Assembly (NCBI GenBank): GCA_036558285.1
Contig: DATBFW010000137.1
Location: forward strand, 8,697 to 72,696
Length of the DNA stretch: 64,000 nt
Direction: 5' to 3'
From: Mycobacteriales bacterium
Lineage (GTDB): Bacteria > Actinomycetota > Actinomycetes > Mycobacteriales > CADCTP01
Positions 44,678 to 52,130 of this stretch are shown piece after piece. How positions within the stretch are numbered: position 1 is the first letter of the stretch; each line of letters begins with the position of its first letter. Under the pieces are notes generated by a model, which had not been told where the DNA came from, did not search any database, and was given only the letters and a program-made list of their open reading frames with translations. The position numbers were made by a program, and so were the translations under genes.

Positions 44678-45355
44678 CTAGTGGCCGTTACCCGAGCGCG
44701 TGTCGGCGAGCCCGGTGCGGTAGGCGTAGCTGACCGCCTGGGCCCGGTCCCGCAACCCGGTCTTGGCCAGGATGTGGTTGACGTGCGTCTTGACCGTGGT
44801 CTCGGCGACGTGGATGCGCGCGGCGATCTCCTGGTTGGACAGGCCGGCCGCGATCAGCGCCAACACCTCGGCCTCCCGGGGCGTCAGCCCGTCCGGCAGC
44901 GGTCCGCGCGGGATGGGGACGTCCGCGTCCGGCGGCGGCGGGCTGAGCGCGTCGACGAGGTGGTGGTGCACGGCCGGGTCGAGCGCGGCCCCGCCGGCCA
45001 GCACGGCATGCAGCGCCCGCTCGATGTCGGCCGCCCCGGCGTCCTTGGTGAGGAACCCGCGGGCGCCGGCCCGCAGCGCGTCCAGCACCGAGCGGTCGTC
45101 CGCGTACGTGGTCAGCGCGATCACCGGTGCCGGGTGCCGCTCGTCCCGCAGCCGGCGGATCGCCTCGACGCCGTCGCAGCGCGGCATCCGCAGGTCCATC
45201 AGGATCACGTCCGGGCGCAGCCGGTCGGCCAGCGCCAGCGCGTCCTCGCCGTCCACGGCGGCGCCGACGACCTCGACGTCGGGCAGCCGGCCGAGCAGCA
45301 TGGTCAGGCCGTCCCGGACGATCCGCTGGTCGTCGGCCAGCAGGACCCGGATCAC
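44678..45355 (-). CDS. NarL/LuxR-family response regulator
   Basis: Real part of track ORF 44678..46468(-). GTG 45355 overlaps the kinase stop (GTGA). VIRVLLADDQRIVRDG...ILMDLRMPRCDG is the receiver. The HTH is LTPREAEVLALIAAGLSNQEIAARIHVAETTVKTHVNHIL. Confidence 0.9.
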   Translation of the reverse strand: MIRVLLADDQRIVRDGLTMLLGRLPDVEVVGAAVDGEDALALADRLRPDVILMDLRMPRCDGVEAIRRLRDERHPAPVIALTTYADDRSVLDALRAGARGFLTKDAGAADIERALHAVLAGGAALDPAVHHHLVDALSPPPPDADVPIPRGPLPDGLTPREAEVLALIAAGLSNQEIAARIHVAETTVKTHVNHILAKTGLRDRAQAVSYAYRTGLADTRSGNGH

Positions 45356-46503
45356 GCCGGGACCCACAGCTCGACTGTGAACCCGCGGTCGGTCGCCGTC
45401 GCGGTGAGCGTGCCGCCGAGCAGCTCGGCCCGCTCCCGCATCCCGCTCAAGCCGTATCCGGGGCAGGCGGGTCCGCCGGCGCGCGCCGGGTCGTCGGCGA
45501 GGTCCGCCACGGTGAGCCGGGCGCCGGCCGCGCAGTGGTCGAGCGCCAGCTCGACCCGCTGCGCCGCCGCGTGCCGCCGGACGTTGGTCAGCGCCTCCTG
45601 GGCGACCCGGTAGAGCGCCAGCCGGGCCTGCGGACCGTACGGGCGCGGCCTGCCGGACACGACCAGCCGGCAGGGCACGCCGGTGTCCCGCTCGAAGTCC
45701 CGGACCAGCGCCGGCAGCGACTCCGGCCCGGGCAGCTGTTCGTCGCGCAGCATGCCGATCGCCCGCCGGGTCTCCAGCAGCCCGGACCGGGCCAGTCCGT
45801 GCGCGTGCTCCAGGGTCGCCGCCAGCTCGGGGCTGCCCTCCTGCTCGGCCACCAGCCGGGCGCCCTCCAGCTGGACCAGCAGCCCGGACAGCGTGTGCGC
45901 GAGCACATCGTGCACCTCGCGGGCCAGCCGCTGCCGCTCGGCCAGCGCGGCCGCCTCGGCCTGCGCGGCCCGCGACTCGCGCAGCTCGACCACCAGCCGC
46001 TCGGCCTCGGCGGTGCGCTCCCGCAGCCGGCGCGCGTACCGGCCGGCCGAGTAGAACGCGACCAGCCCGGTCTCCGCGACGAGCACCGAGGTGAGCGGGC
46101 GGTCCGCGGCGACCCCCGCCACGGTGAACGCGACCAGGGTGACGCCGGTCAGCACCGCCCCGGCCCGGGTGGGCAGCCGCGAGCCGGCAGTGCTGGCCGC
46201 GACGAACCCGCCGAGGAAACCGGCGCCGGCCGGCTCGAGCCAGACCAGCACAGTCGAACCCGCGACCAGCAGGCAGGCAAGCACCGGCAGCGCCGGCGGC
46301 CGGCGCAGCCGCTCCGGCCCGGCGCCGAGCAGGCCGAGCGTGCCGACGACGACCGCGGCGAGCGCCAGCAGGACGGGCGCCCGGTCCGGCTCGTTCCGCC
46401 CGTCCGCGCCGAGCAGGAGCACCGCGACGGCCAGCACCGCCGGCCGCAGCGTCCGGAGCAGGTCCCACCGGCTGCGCGCCGGCGGCACCGGGACAGCGCC
46501 CAC
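45352..46503 (-). CDS. sensor histidine kinase (HisKA_3 type)
   Basis: Track ORF 45352..46638(-). It has 4-5 TM helices, the H-box LAREVHDVLAHTLS and GYGLSGMRERAELLGG. The start is uncertain; I chose GTG 46503. Confidence 0.8.
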   Translation of the reverse strand: MGAVPVPPARSRWDLLRTLRPAVLAVAVLLLGADGRNEPDRAPVLLALAAVVVGTLGLLGAGPERLRRPPALPVLACLLVAGSTVLVWLEPAGAGFLGGFVAASTAGSRLPTRAGAVLTGVTLVAFTVAGVAADRPLTSVLVAETGLVAFYSAGRYARRLRERTAEAERLVVELRESRAAQAEAAALAERQRLAREVHDVLAHTLSGLLVQLEGARLVAEQEGSPELAATLEHAHGLARSGLLETRRAIGMLRDEQLPGPESLPALVRDFERDTGVPCRLVVSGRPRPYGPQARLALYRVAQEALTNVRRHAAAQRVELALDHCAAGARLTVADLADDPARAGGPACPGYGLSGMRERAELLGGTLTATATDRGFTVELWVPA

Positions 46504-46685
46504 GTCTCGCAACCTACCCGGGCGCCCGCGGCCGGTCCTCGGCCCGGCGGTGGATCCGCCGCCTCCACCCACCGGTGGACGCCGTGCGCCCCGGGACGTA
46601 CGCGCGGAAATCGATCCGGGCGCCGACGACGCGACCACCCCCGCCGCCGCACGCTCGACGGGCCTGGAGACGAAGGAGGAACGGC

Positions 46686-46865
46686 ATGCTGAGACTGTTC
46701 GGAGTGCGGGTCAACCCGGTCGTCGGGTTGCTGCTCGGCCTGGCTGCGCTCGCCGTCGGCATCGGCACCGGCCGGGTCGGCGTGACGCTGGCCGGCGTGG
46801 TCATGCTGCTGGTCGCCGCCACCGGTGCGGTGCAGCGCCGCCAGCGGCCGGACGACCGGCGGTGA
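46686..46865 (+). CDS. small membrane protein (59 aa) translationally coupled to the ABC-2 exporter
   Basis: MLRLFGVRVNPVVGLLLGLAALAVGIGTGRVGVTLAGVVMLLVAATGAVQRRQRPDDRR has two predicted TM helices. GAAGGAGGA lies 6 nt upstream of ATG 46686. The stop overlaps the next GTG (GTGA at 46862-46865). Confidence 0.55.
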   Translation: MLRLFGVRVNPVVGLLLGLAALAVGIGTGRVGVTLAGVVMLLVAATGAVQRRQRPDDRR

Positions 46866-47794
46866 CCGCGCTGGTGGCCGACCGGCTGGGCAAGCGGTAC
46901 GGGTCCACGGTCGCGCTGGACGAGGTGAGCTTCCGGATCGGCGCCGGCCAGCTGGTGGCGGTGCTCGGCCCGAACGGGTCCGGGAAGACCACGCTGGTCG
47001 AGCTGCTGGCCGGGTTCAGCGCGCCGACCGGCGGGACGGTCCGGGTGCTGGGCGCCGACCCGCGCCGCGGCGGGCCGGCCTGGCGGGCCCGGATCGGGCT
47101 CGTGCCGCAGGAGACCAGCCTGGACCTGCGGCTCACGGTGGCCGAGGTGCTGCGCGCGTTCGCCGCCGCGTACCCGAGGGCGCTGCCGGTCGGCGACGTG
47201 CTCGCGCTGATCGACCTCGCCGCCGAGGCCGGCACCAGGATCGGCGCGCTGTCCGGCGGCCAGCGCCGCCGGGTCGACCTCGGGCTCGGCCTGATCGGCC
47301 GGCCGGAGGTGCTGTTCCTGGACGAGCCGACGACCGGGCTCGACCCGCGCGCCCGGCGGCGGGTGTGGGCCTGCGTGCGCGACCTGACCGCCGGCGACAC
47401 CGCGGTCGTGCTCACCACCCACTACCTGGACGAGGCCCAGCAGCTGGCCGACCGGGTGCTGGTGCTGGCCGGCGGCCGGCTGGCGGCGGACGCGACCCCG
47501 GACGAGCTGCGCGCGCACGCCGCCGCGCCGACGATCCGGCTGCCCGTCCCGCCGGCCGCGGCCGCCGACCTGCCACCGGCGTTCCGGGGCCACCTCGACC
47601 GCGACGAGCTGGTGCTGCGCTCGGCCGACGTCGGCGTCGACCTGGCTGGGCTGCTCGGCTGGGCCGCACGCGCCGGCGTCGACCTGTCCGGGCTGCAGGT
47701 CGGCCCGCCCAGCCTGGAGGAGGCGTACCTGGTGCTGACCGGGCAGACCGACCCGCTGCGGACGGAGCGTCGAGGTGAGCCGAGCCATGCCTGA
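46862..47794 (+). CDS. ABC transporter ATP-binding protein (DrrA/ABC-2 type)
   Basis: Real part of track ORF 46091..47794. Walker A GPNGSGKTT, signature LSGGQRRRVDLGLGL, Walker B LFLDEPTTGLD. Confidence 0.9.
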   Translation: MTALVADRLGKRYGSTVALDEVSFRIGAGQLVAVLGPNGSGKTTLVELLAGFSAPTGGTVRVLGADPRRGGPAWRARIGLVPQETSLDLRLTVAEVLRAFAAAYPRALPVGDVLALIDLAAEAGTRIGALSGGQRRRVDLGLGLIGRPEVLFLDEPTTGLDPRARRRVWACVRDLTAGDTAVVLTTHYLDEAQQLADRVLVLAGGRLAADATPDELRAHAAAPTIRLPVPPAAAADLPPAFRGHLDRDELVLRSADVGVDLAGLLGWAARAGVDLSGLQVGPPSLEEAYLVLTGQTDPLRTERRGEPSHA

Positions 47795-48515
47795 CGTACC
47801 GGCCCTGCGCGCGCACGTGCACTACCAGCTGCTGCTGCTGGTCCGCACCCCGCGGGCGGCGTTCGCCGGCCTGCTGCTCCCGCTCGGGCTGCTCCTGCTG
47901 CGCGGCGACGGCCATCCCGGCGTCGATCTCGTCGCCGGCCTGACCGTGCTGGGCGCGCTGTCCACCGGCTACCTCACCCACGCCGCCGGGCTGGTCACCG
48001 CGCGGGAGAGCGGCGTGCTGCGCCGCTGGCGGGCCAGCCCGCTGCCGCCGTGGGCGTTCTTCGGCGGCCGGATGGTCGCCACCACCCTGGTCGCGGTCGC
48101 CGGCGCGGCCACCACGCTGGCCGTCGCCGCTGCCGCGTACCACGTCCGGCCGGACCCGGCCGGTGCGGTCGGCCTGCTCGTGGCGGTCGTCCTCGGCACG
48201 CTGTGCGTGGCCGCGCTGGGCACCGCGGCGACCGCCGTCGTCCCGACCGCGGAGAGCGCGCAGCCCGTGCTGTCGCTGACCTTCTACCCGCTGGTGCTGC
48301 TGTCCGGCGCCCTCGGCGGTACGGCCGGCGGCTCCGGCCGGCTCGGCGAGGTGCTGAGCCGGCTGCCGGTCGAGCCGATGATCGACGCGGTCACCCGCGC
48401 GCTGCGCCCGGGCGCGGGCGTGCTGCCGCCGGCCGCGGACCTCGCCGTCCTCGCCGGCTGGGCGGTGGCCGGCGTGATCGTCTCGCTCGTCAGCTTCCGC
48501 TGGCAGCCGAGCTGA
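47775..48515 (+). CDS. ABC-2 type transporter permease
   Basis: 246-aa ORF with six hydrophobic segments. It overlaps the ATPase 3' end. An alternative start is ATG 47787. Confidence 0.8.
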   Translation: MSRAMPDVPALRAHVHYQLLLLVRTPRAAFAGLLLPLGLLLLRGDGHPGVDLVAGLTVLGALSTGYLTHAAGLVTARESGVLRRWRASPLPPWAFFGGRMVATTLVAVAGAATTLAVAAAAYHVRPDPAGAVGLLVAVVLGTLCVAALGTAATAVVPTAESAQPVLSLTFYPLVLLSGALGGTAGGSGRLGEVLSRLPVEPMIDAVTRALRPGAGVLPPAADLAVLAGWAVAGVIVSLVSFRWQPS

Positions 48516-49125
48516 GACCGCCCGGAGGCGCCGGCGCAACCGCTGCGTCGGCCGGCGCCCCGGCCGGGTCGGTCCCGCCGGCAGGGTCGGTCCCGCCGGC
48601 AGGGTCGGTCCCGCGGGCAGGGTCGGTCCCGCGGGCAGGGTCGGTTCTGCCGGCCGGGTCGGCGCCGTAGCTTCGTCCGGTGGTCGAGCCGGCCTCGTCC
48701 GGCGACGCCTGCCCGCCGTCGGACTTCGACTGCAGGGCGACCCACTGGGTCGCCTCGCGACTGGTCAGGTCCTCGATACGGAGCGCGAGCAGCGCGTCCG
48801 GGCGGTCGGCGTCGGCGTAGTCGCCGGCCCCGGCGGTCCACAGGGCCTTCTCCCGTTCCATCGCCGCGTTCGTCCACCGGTAGCGCACCCAGTTGTCGTG
48901 GAAACGGTAGAGCTGCTGGATGCCCTCGAGCACGACGATGAGCCCGCCGAGCGAGCCGGTGATCAGCGTGGGCAGGTCGAGCCCGGCGGCGACCGGGACG
49001 GCGGCGGCCAGCACGATCTGGGCGACCTTGATCCCGCAGTACCAGATGCGCGCCGTCGTCGCGTGCCGGTCGTACCACTGGATCTGGCGGTTCACCCGCC
49101 GCAGGACCTGCGTCTCATCGGACAT
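48490..49125 (-). CDS. DUF4231 (SLATT-like 2-TM) protein with repetitive GTDPAG tail
   Basis: VLRRVNRQIQWYDRHATTARIWYCGIKVAQIVLAAAVPVAAGL...LGGLIVVLEGIQQLYRFHDNWVRYRWTNAAMEREKALW matches the DUF4231 pattern (WY..., two TM helices, then the xW..YR.TaE.L.rEk motif). The tail is ...GADPAGRTDPARGTDPARGTDPAGGTDPAGGTDPAGAP... Confidence 0.75.
   Translation of the reverse strand: MSDETQVLRRVNRQIQWYDRHATTARIWYCGIKVAQIVLAAAVPVAAGLDLPTLITGSLGGLIVVLEGIQQLYRFHDNWVRYRWTNAAMEREKALWTAGAGDYADADRPDALLALRIEDLTSREATQWVALQSKSDGGQASPDEAGSTTGRSYGADPAGRTDPARGTDPARGTDPAGGTDPAGGTDPAGAPADAAVAPAPPGGLSSAASGS
48561..48668. repeat. 18-bp tandem repeat x6 (in-frame hexapeptide repeat of the DUF4231 tail)
   Basis: The unit CGGCAGGGTCGGTCCCGC starts at 48561, 48579, 48597, 48615, 48633 and 48651. 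The outer copies are diverged. Confidence 0.85.
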
Positions 49126-49287
49126 GGCACCCTCCAGGTCGATCGGGCCACGAAGCTACCGACTCATGGACGCCACGCGCAGACAGTGCCGTGATCCCGG
49201 GCACGGGCGGGAACACGAGGGTGTCGGGGTGGCTGCCGCCAGCGTGGAGCGCGGGTAGACGGCCAGCCGGAGGGTCAGGCTCGTTCG

Positions 49288-49600
49288 ATGACGTTTCAGC
49301 AATTCCACGCGGCCGACTGGTTGGCGCACTTCGTCCAGGTCGGATACCCGGCGGCGCGGCCACTGGCGGCCGGCGTGGAGGGAGCGGTCTATGACCTCGG
49401 TGACGAGACGGTAGCGAATGGGCCGCCGGCGCCCGACCGAGCTGCTGTCGTGGCAGGCTTTCTACGCAGACCTAGCAGCCGGCGGCCCGCCGTTCGACAC
49501 GCCGGAGATTCTGCGCGTGGACGAGATCCCCGGCGTGGCTGGGCATCACCGCCGCTTTAGACCTCTGACGCCACCACCAGCCGCATGGGCGGACGTCACG
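49288..49600 (+). pseudogene. frameshifted and 3'-truncated APH-family (phosphotransferase) gene fragment
   Basis: Frame 1 (49288..) reads MTFQQFHAADWLAHFVQVGYPAARPLAAGVEGAVYDLGDETVA. The family-like continuation RRRPTELLSWQAFYADLAAGGPPFDTPEILRVDEIPGV is in another frame (track ORF 49418..). The kinase catalytic region is absent, because the HIT gene 3' end begins at 49642. Confidence 0.55.
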
Positions 49601-49641
49601 TCGCTGCACCGGCGGCGGTTGCCTGGGTGCGAGCTCGTGGT

Positions 49642-50151
49642 TCAGCTACCGCTCACAGAATCCAGATTCATGCGGATGCGAAGCCGGCTCGCCAGGTCGG
49701 CCTGCGCCTGGTCCGGGATGTCAAGGTGGCCGCGCTCGGGGGCCAAAGCGGTGACCTGCTGCTGCTCGTACGGCACACCCGGCGGCAGCGGCACCAGATG
49801 CCAATGGACGTGCCGGTTGCCCTGCAGGCTGCCCAGACTCAGCACGTAGAGCCGTTCGGTCTCCACCTCGGCGACCAGCGCCCGCCCGGCGGCATGTACG
49901 ACTCGCTGCACGGCCAGATACTGGGCCACGTCCACTGCGACGACGTCCTCGACGTGTGTCGCCGGCGCGACGAGCAGGTGGCCCGGCCACAACGGGAAGC
50001 GGCTGAGAAACGCCACCGCGACCCCGTCCCGGTGGACAACGTGGTGCGCGTAGTTCGGCTTGTCAGCCAGCAACTCGCAGACGAAACACGCCCGCCGGAC
50101 CAGCCGGTGGTACGCCTGCCAGTCCATCTCGACCCGCCGCGCGTCCGCCAT
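49642..50151 (-). CDS. HIT (histidine triad) family protein
   Basis: C-terminal 169 aa of track ORF 49642..50760(-), from ATG 50151: MADARRVEMDWQAYHRLVRRACFVCELL...NRHVHWHLVPLPPGVPY (HxHxHxx triad). Confidence 0.8.
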   Translation of the reverse strand: MADARRVEMDWQAYHRLVRRACFVCELLADKPNYAHHVVHRDGVAVAFLSRFPLWPGHLLVAPATHVEDVVAVDVAQYLAVQRVVHAAGRALVAEVETERLYVLSLGSLQGNRHVHWHLVPLPPGVPYEQQQVTALAPERGHLDIPDQAQADLASRLRIRMNLDSVSGS

Positions 50152-50311
50152 GGCCGTGAGTATCACCAACCCGCGGTCCTCCTCACGGACCGTGGCGTCC
50201 TGCTCGCCGGCGACATGCTCCAACGTCCTGATCCTCTTGCGGCGGTGGGCTGCGCGGGGTTGTGGCCTGTCCGGGCTCCCGCTGGGCCGTAGGTCGGCGT
50301 CGACTGGGTGG

Positions 50312-50951
50312 TCAGGATTCCGCTGGGGCGGTGGGTAGCCAGAAGCGAGTTGGCCGTTGCCGCAGTTCTCGAGAATGCCACGCGCGCGTTCGATGACCGC
50401 GCGGGAACCGAGGTTGGTAGGGTCGCACGTGAGCAGCGCAGGGTTGATGCCCAACGCCTGGGCGACAGGAAGGGCGCGGGCCAGCATCAGCGTGGCGTGG
50501 CCTCGTCGGCGCGCCGAAGGTCGGACGTCGTAGCCGAGGTGGCCGCCGGTGATCCGAAGGCGCGCGTTCAGCCGGTGGCGGATCGCGATTCGTCCCAGGT
50601 ACCGGGCGCCGTCGACCCACCGCAAGGTCGTGCACAGCACATAGCCGTCGGGTCGGGGCCAGTTCTCCGATGCCTGCCCGCGCAGCTCCCGCACGTACCG
50701 GGCGAACCCCTCCGGTGTCGACCAGGAATCGGAGAAGCCACGGATCTCAGCACCGATCATGGTGTGGTCATCGGCGACCCGCGGCCTTCGGCACGGAACT
50801 CGGCCATCGCTGCGAGGAACGACGCATGCACCTCGAGGACCGGCGGGGCCAGTGCAGCGACCACGCGCTGTGTCTTACCCAGCAGCACCTGGATGCACGA
50901 CCCGCCAGTGCTGCGGGCTGAATCATGGATCGGGTCGCCGTCCATGGACAT
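50312..50951 (-). pseudogene. GNAT acetyltransferase (COG3981-like) disrupted by at least two frameshifts
   Basis: The N-part ...LAPPVLEVHASFLAAMAEFRAEGRG is in track ORF 50757..50951(-). The middle DDHTMIGAEIRGFSDSW...YLGRIAIRHRLNARLRITGGHLGYDVRPSARRRGHATLML...SRAVIERARGILE is in ORF 49642..50760(-). The family-like end LRQRPTRFWLPT...stop is in ORF 50312..50635(-). Confidence 0.6.
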
Positions 50952-50968
50952 GCCGAAGGGCGAACGGT

Positions 50969-51430
50969 CTAGCCAGGCGGGGACGCGGACGGCTCGTCCA
51001 GGGTGGCGTGCACACTGATCTCTACGTTCCCCTGGAGGGCTCGCGAGACCACGCAGCCCCGTTCGGCGTCGTGGGCGGCCCGATCGAAGGTTGCGGCGTC
51101 CGCCCGGGGGACCACGCCGTGCACGTCGAGATGGCTCGAGGCGATCGCCGGCGTCGCAGACGTCTCCAGTGTCACAGTTGCGGTGACCTGCAGGCGCTCA
51201 GGAGGCGTTCCCTGTCCGGCAAGGATCGACCCGAGGGCCATCGTGAAGCATCCGGCGTGCGCGGCCGCGATGAGCTCCTCCGGGCTCGTCTTGCCCTCAG
51301 GCTCACCGAACCGCGATGCGAGCGTGATGGGCAGAGGGCCGATAGCACCGCTGCCCCCGGACGCGACCCCGGAGCCGCGTGCGATGCTTCCGGTCCATTC
51401 GACCTGCGCCGTTCGGTGTACAGCCGCCAT
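50969..51430 (-). CDS. osmC: OsmC-family peroxiredoxin
   Basis: C-terminal 153 aa of track ORF 50969..52108(-). ATG 51430 lies 6 nt after AAGGAG. MAAVHRTAQVEWTGSIARGSG...KTSPEELIAAAHAGCFTMAL...ERGCVVSRALQGNVEISV carries both conserved Cys. Confidence 0.9.
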   Translation of the reverse strand: MAAVHRTAQVEWTGSIARGSGVASGGSGAIGPLPITLASRFGEPEGKTSPEELIAAAHAGCFTMALGSILAGQGTPPERLQVTATVTLETSATPAIASSHLDVHGVVPRADAATFDRAAHDAERGCVVSRALQGNVEISVHATLDEPSASPPG

Positions 51431-51499
51431 TGGCTTCTCCTTCGTCCGTCGGTTGAGCTTAGACCCGGGCGGTGCCGGCGAGCAGAGCGTACGAGCCGG

Positions 51500-51516
51500 A
51501 TGTCCACAGTGGACAT
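51500..51516. promoter_or_regulatory. 17-bp perfect palindrome upstream of osmC
   Basis: ATGTCCAC-A-GTGGACAT lies 70-86 nt upstream of the osmC start codon. Confidence 0.3.
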
Positions 51517-51604
51517 GGCCGCACGGAGCGCCTGTCAGGAAGGTGGCGACGTGCGCCGAACTGGCCGCTGATGTGCGGGACAGCTGGGAGCGGCTGCTGC
51601 ATCC

Positions 51605-51916
51605 GTGAACAACCGGCGCGACTGTGCGGTGACCATCCCCAATGGCAACGGCCCGCCCGGCGAGGCGCCCAGCCCCAACCAGCACGGCACCGGCGCACTG
51701 TGGACCGTGCTCCCGCCTGACGGCATCGACACAGGAGGCGAAGCGGAACCCAACGGCTCGACCAGCAAGAAGTACCCGTGGTGGACGGTCGGCACCGCAG
51801 GCCAGCTCACCATCAACGGCCGGCGGCTGGACACGCCGGCACCGCCGCTGCGCGCCCGGACCAACAGGGGAACACCGGAAGCCGGCTTCGCCGAAGTCGC
51901 TGACGGTCGCTTCTAG
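51605..51916 (+). pseudogene. probable 5'-truncated fragment of a secreted hypothetical protein gene
   Basis: The 103-aa ORF has real-protein composition and good third-position GC: ...CAVTIPNGNGPPGEAPSPNQHGTGALWTVLPPDG...KKYPWWTVGTAGQLTINGRRLDTPAPPLRA... No signal peptide is present, and an in-frame TGA lies 12 codons upstream of the only start (GTG). It could alternatively be an intact small gene. Confidence 0.35.
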
Positions 51917-52130
51917 TCCATTGCGCGGGCCGCCTGTTGGTCGACTCGCGGGTACGGAGCCGGCTCGCGAGCCGAGGCCGAGTCCGTCGATCTCGACCTG
52001 CTCGCCCACGCTGCCGCGCCGCCGCGGCCGTAGCGCTGGCTCGGCTTGCCTGGCCGACCGCGGATCGGCGGCGGTATGCAGGTCGGCCATCGGCGGCGTC
52101 GGCTCCACGAGCGCCCGCAGAACCGCTTCG

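Noticed and set aside
49642-50760. The 372-aa ORF as a genuine bifunctional GNAT-HIT enzyme.
   Set aside because: The GNAT N-terminus and C-terminus are found in other frames. The roughly 70-aa linker has non-protein-like composition. The HIT domain has its own ATG at 50151.
51472-51864. Small ORFs on both strands between osmC and the STAND gene (51459..51698-, 51472..51720+, 51535..51864-).
   Set aside because: Their compositions are shadow-like. Only the 51605..51916(+) frame has coding character.
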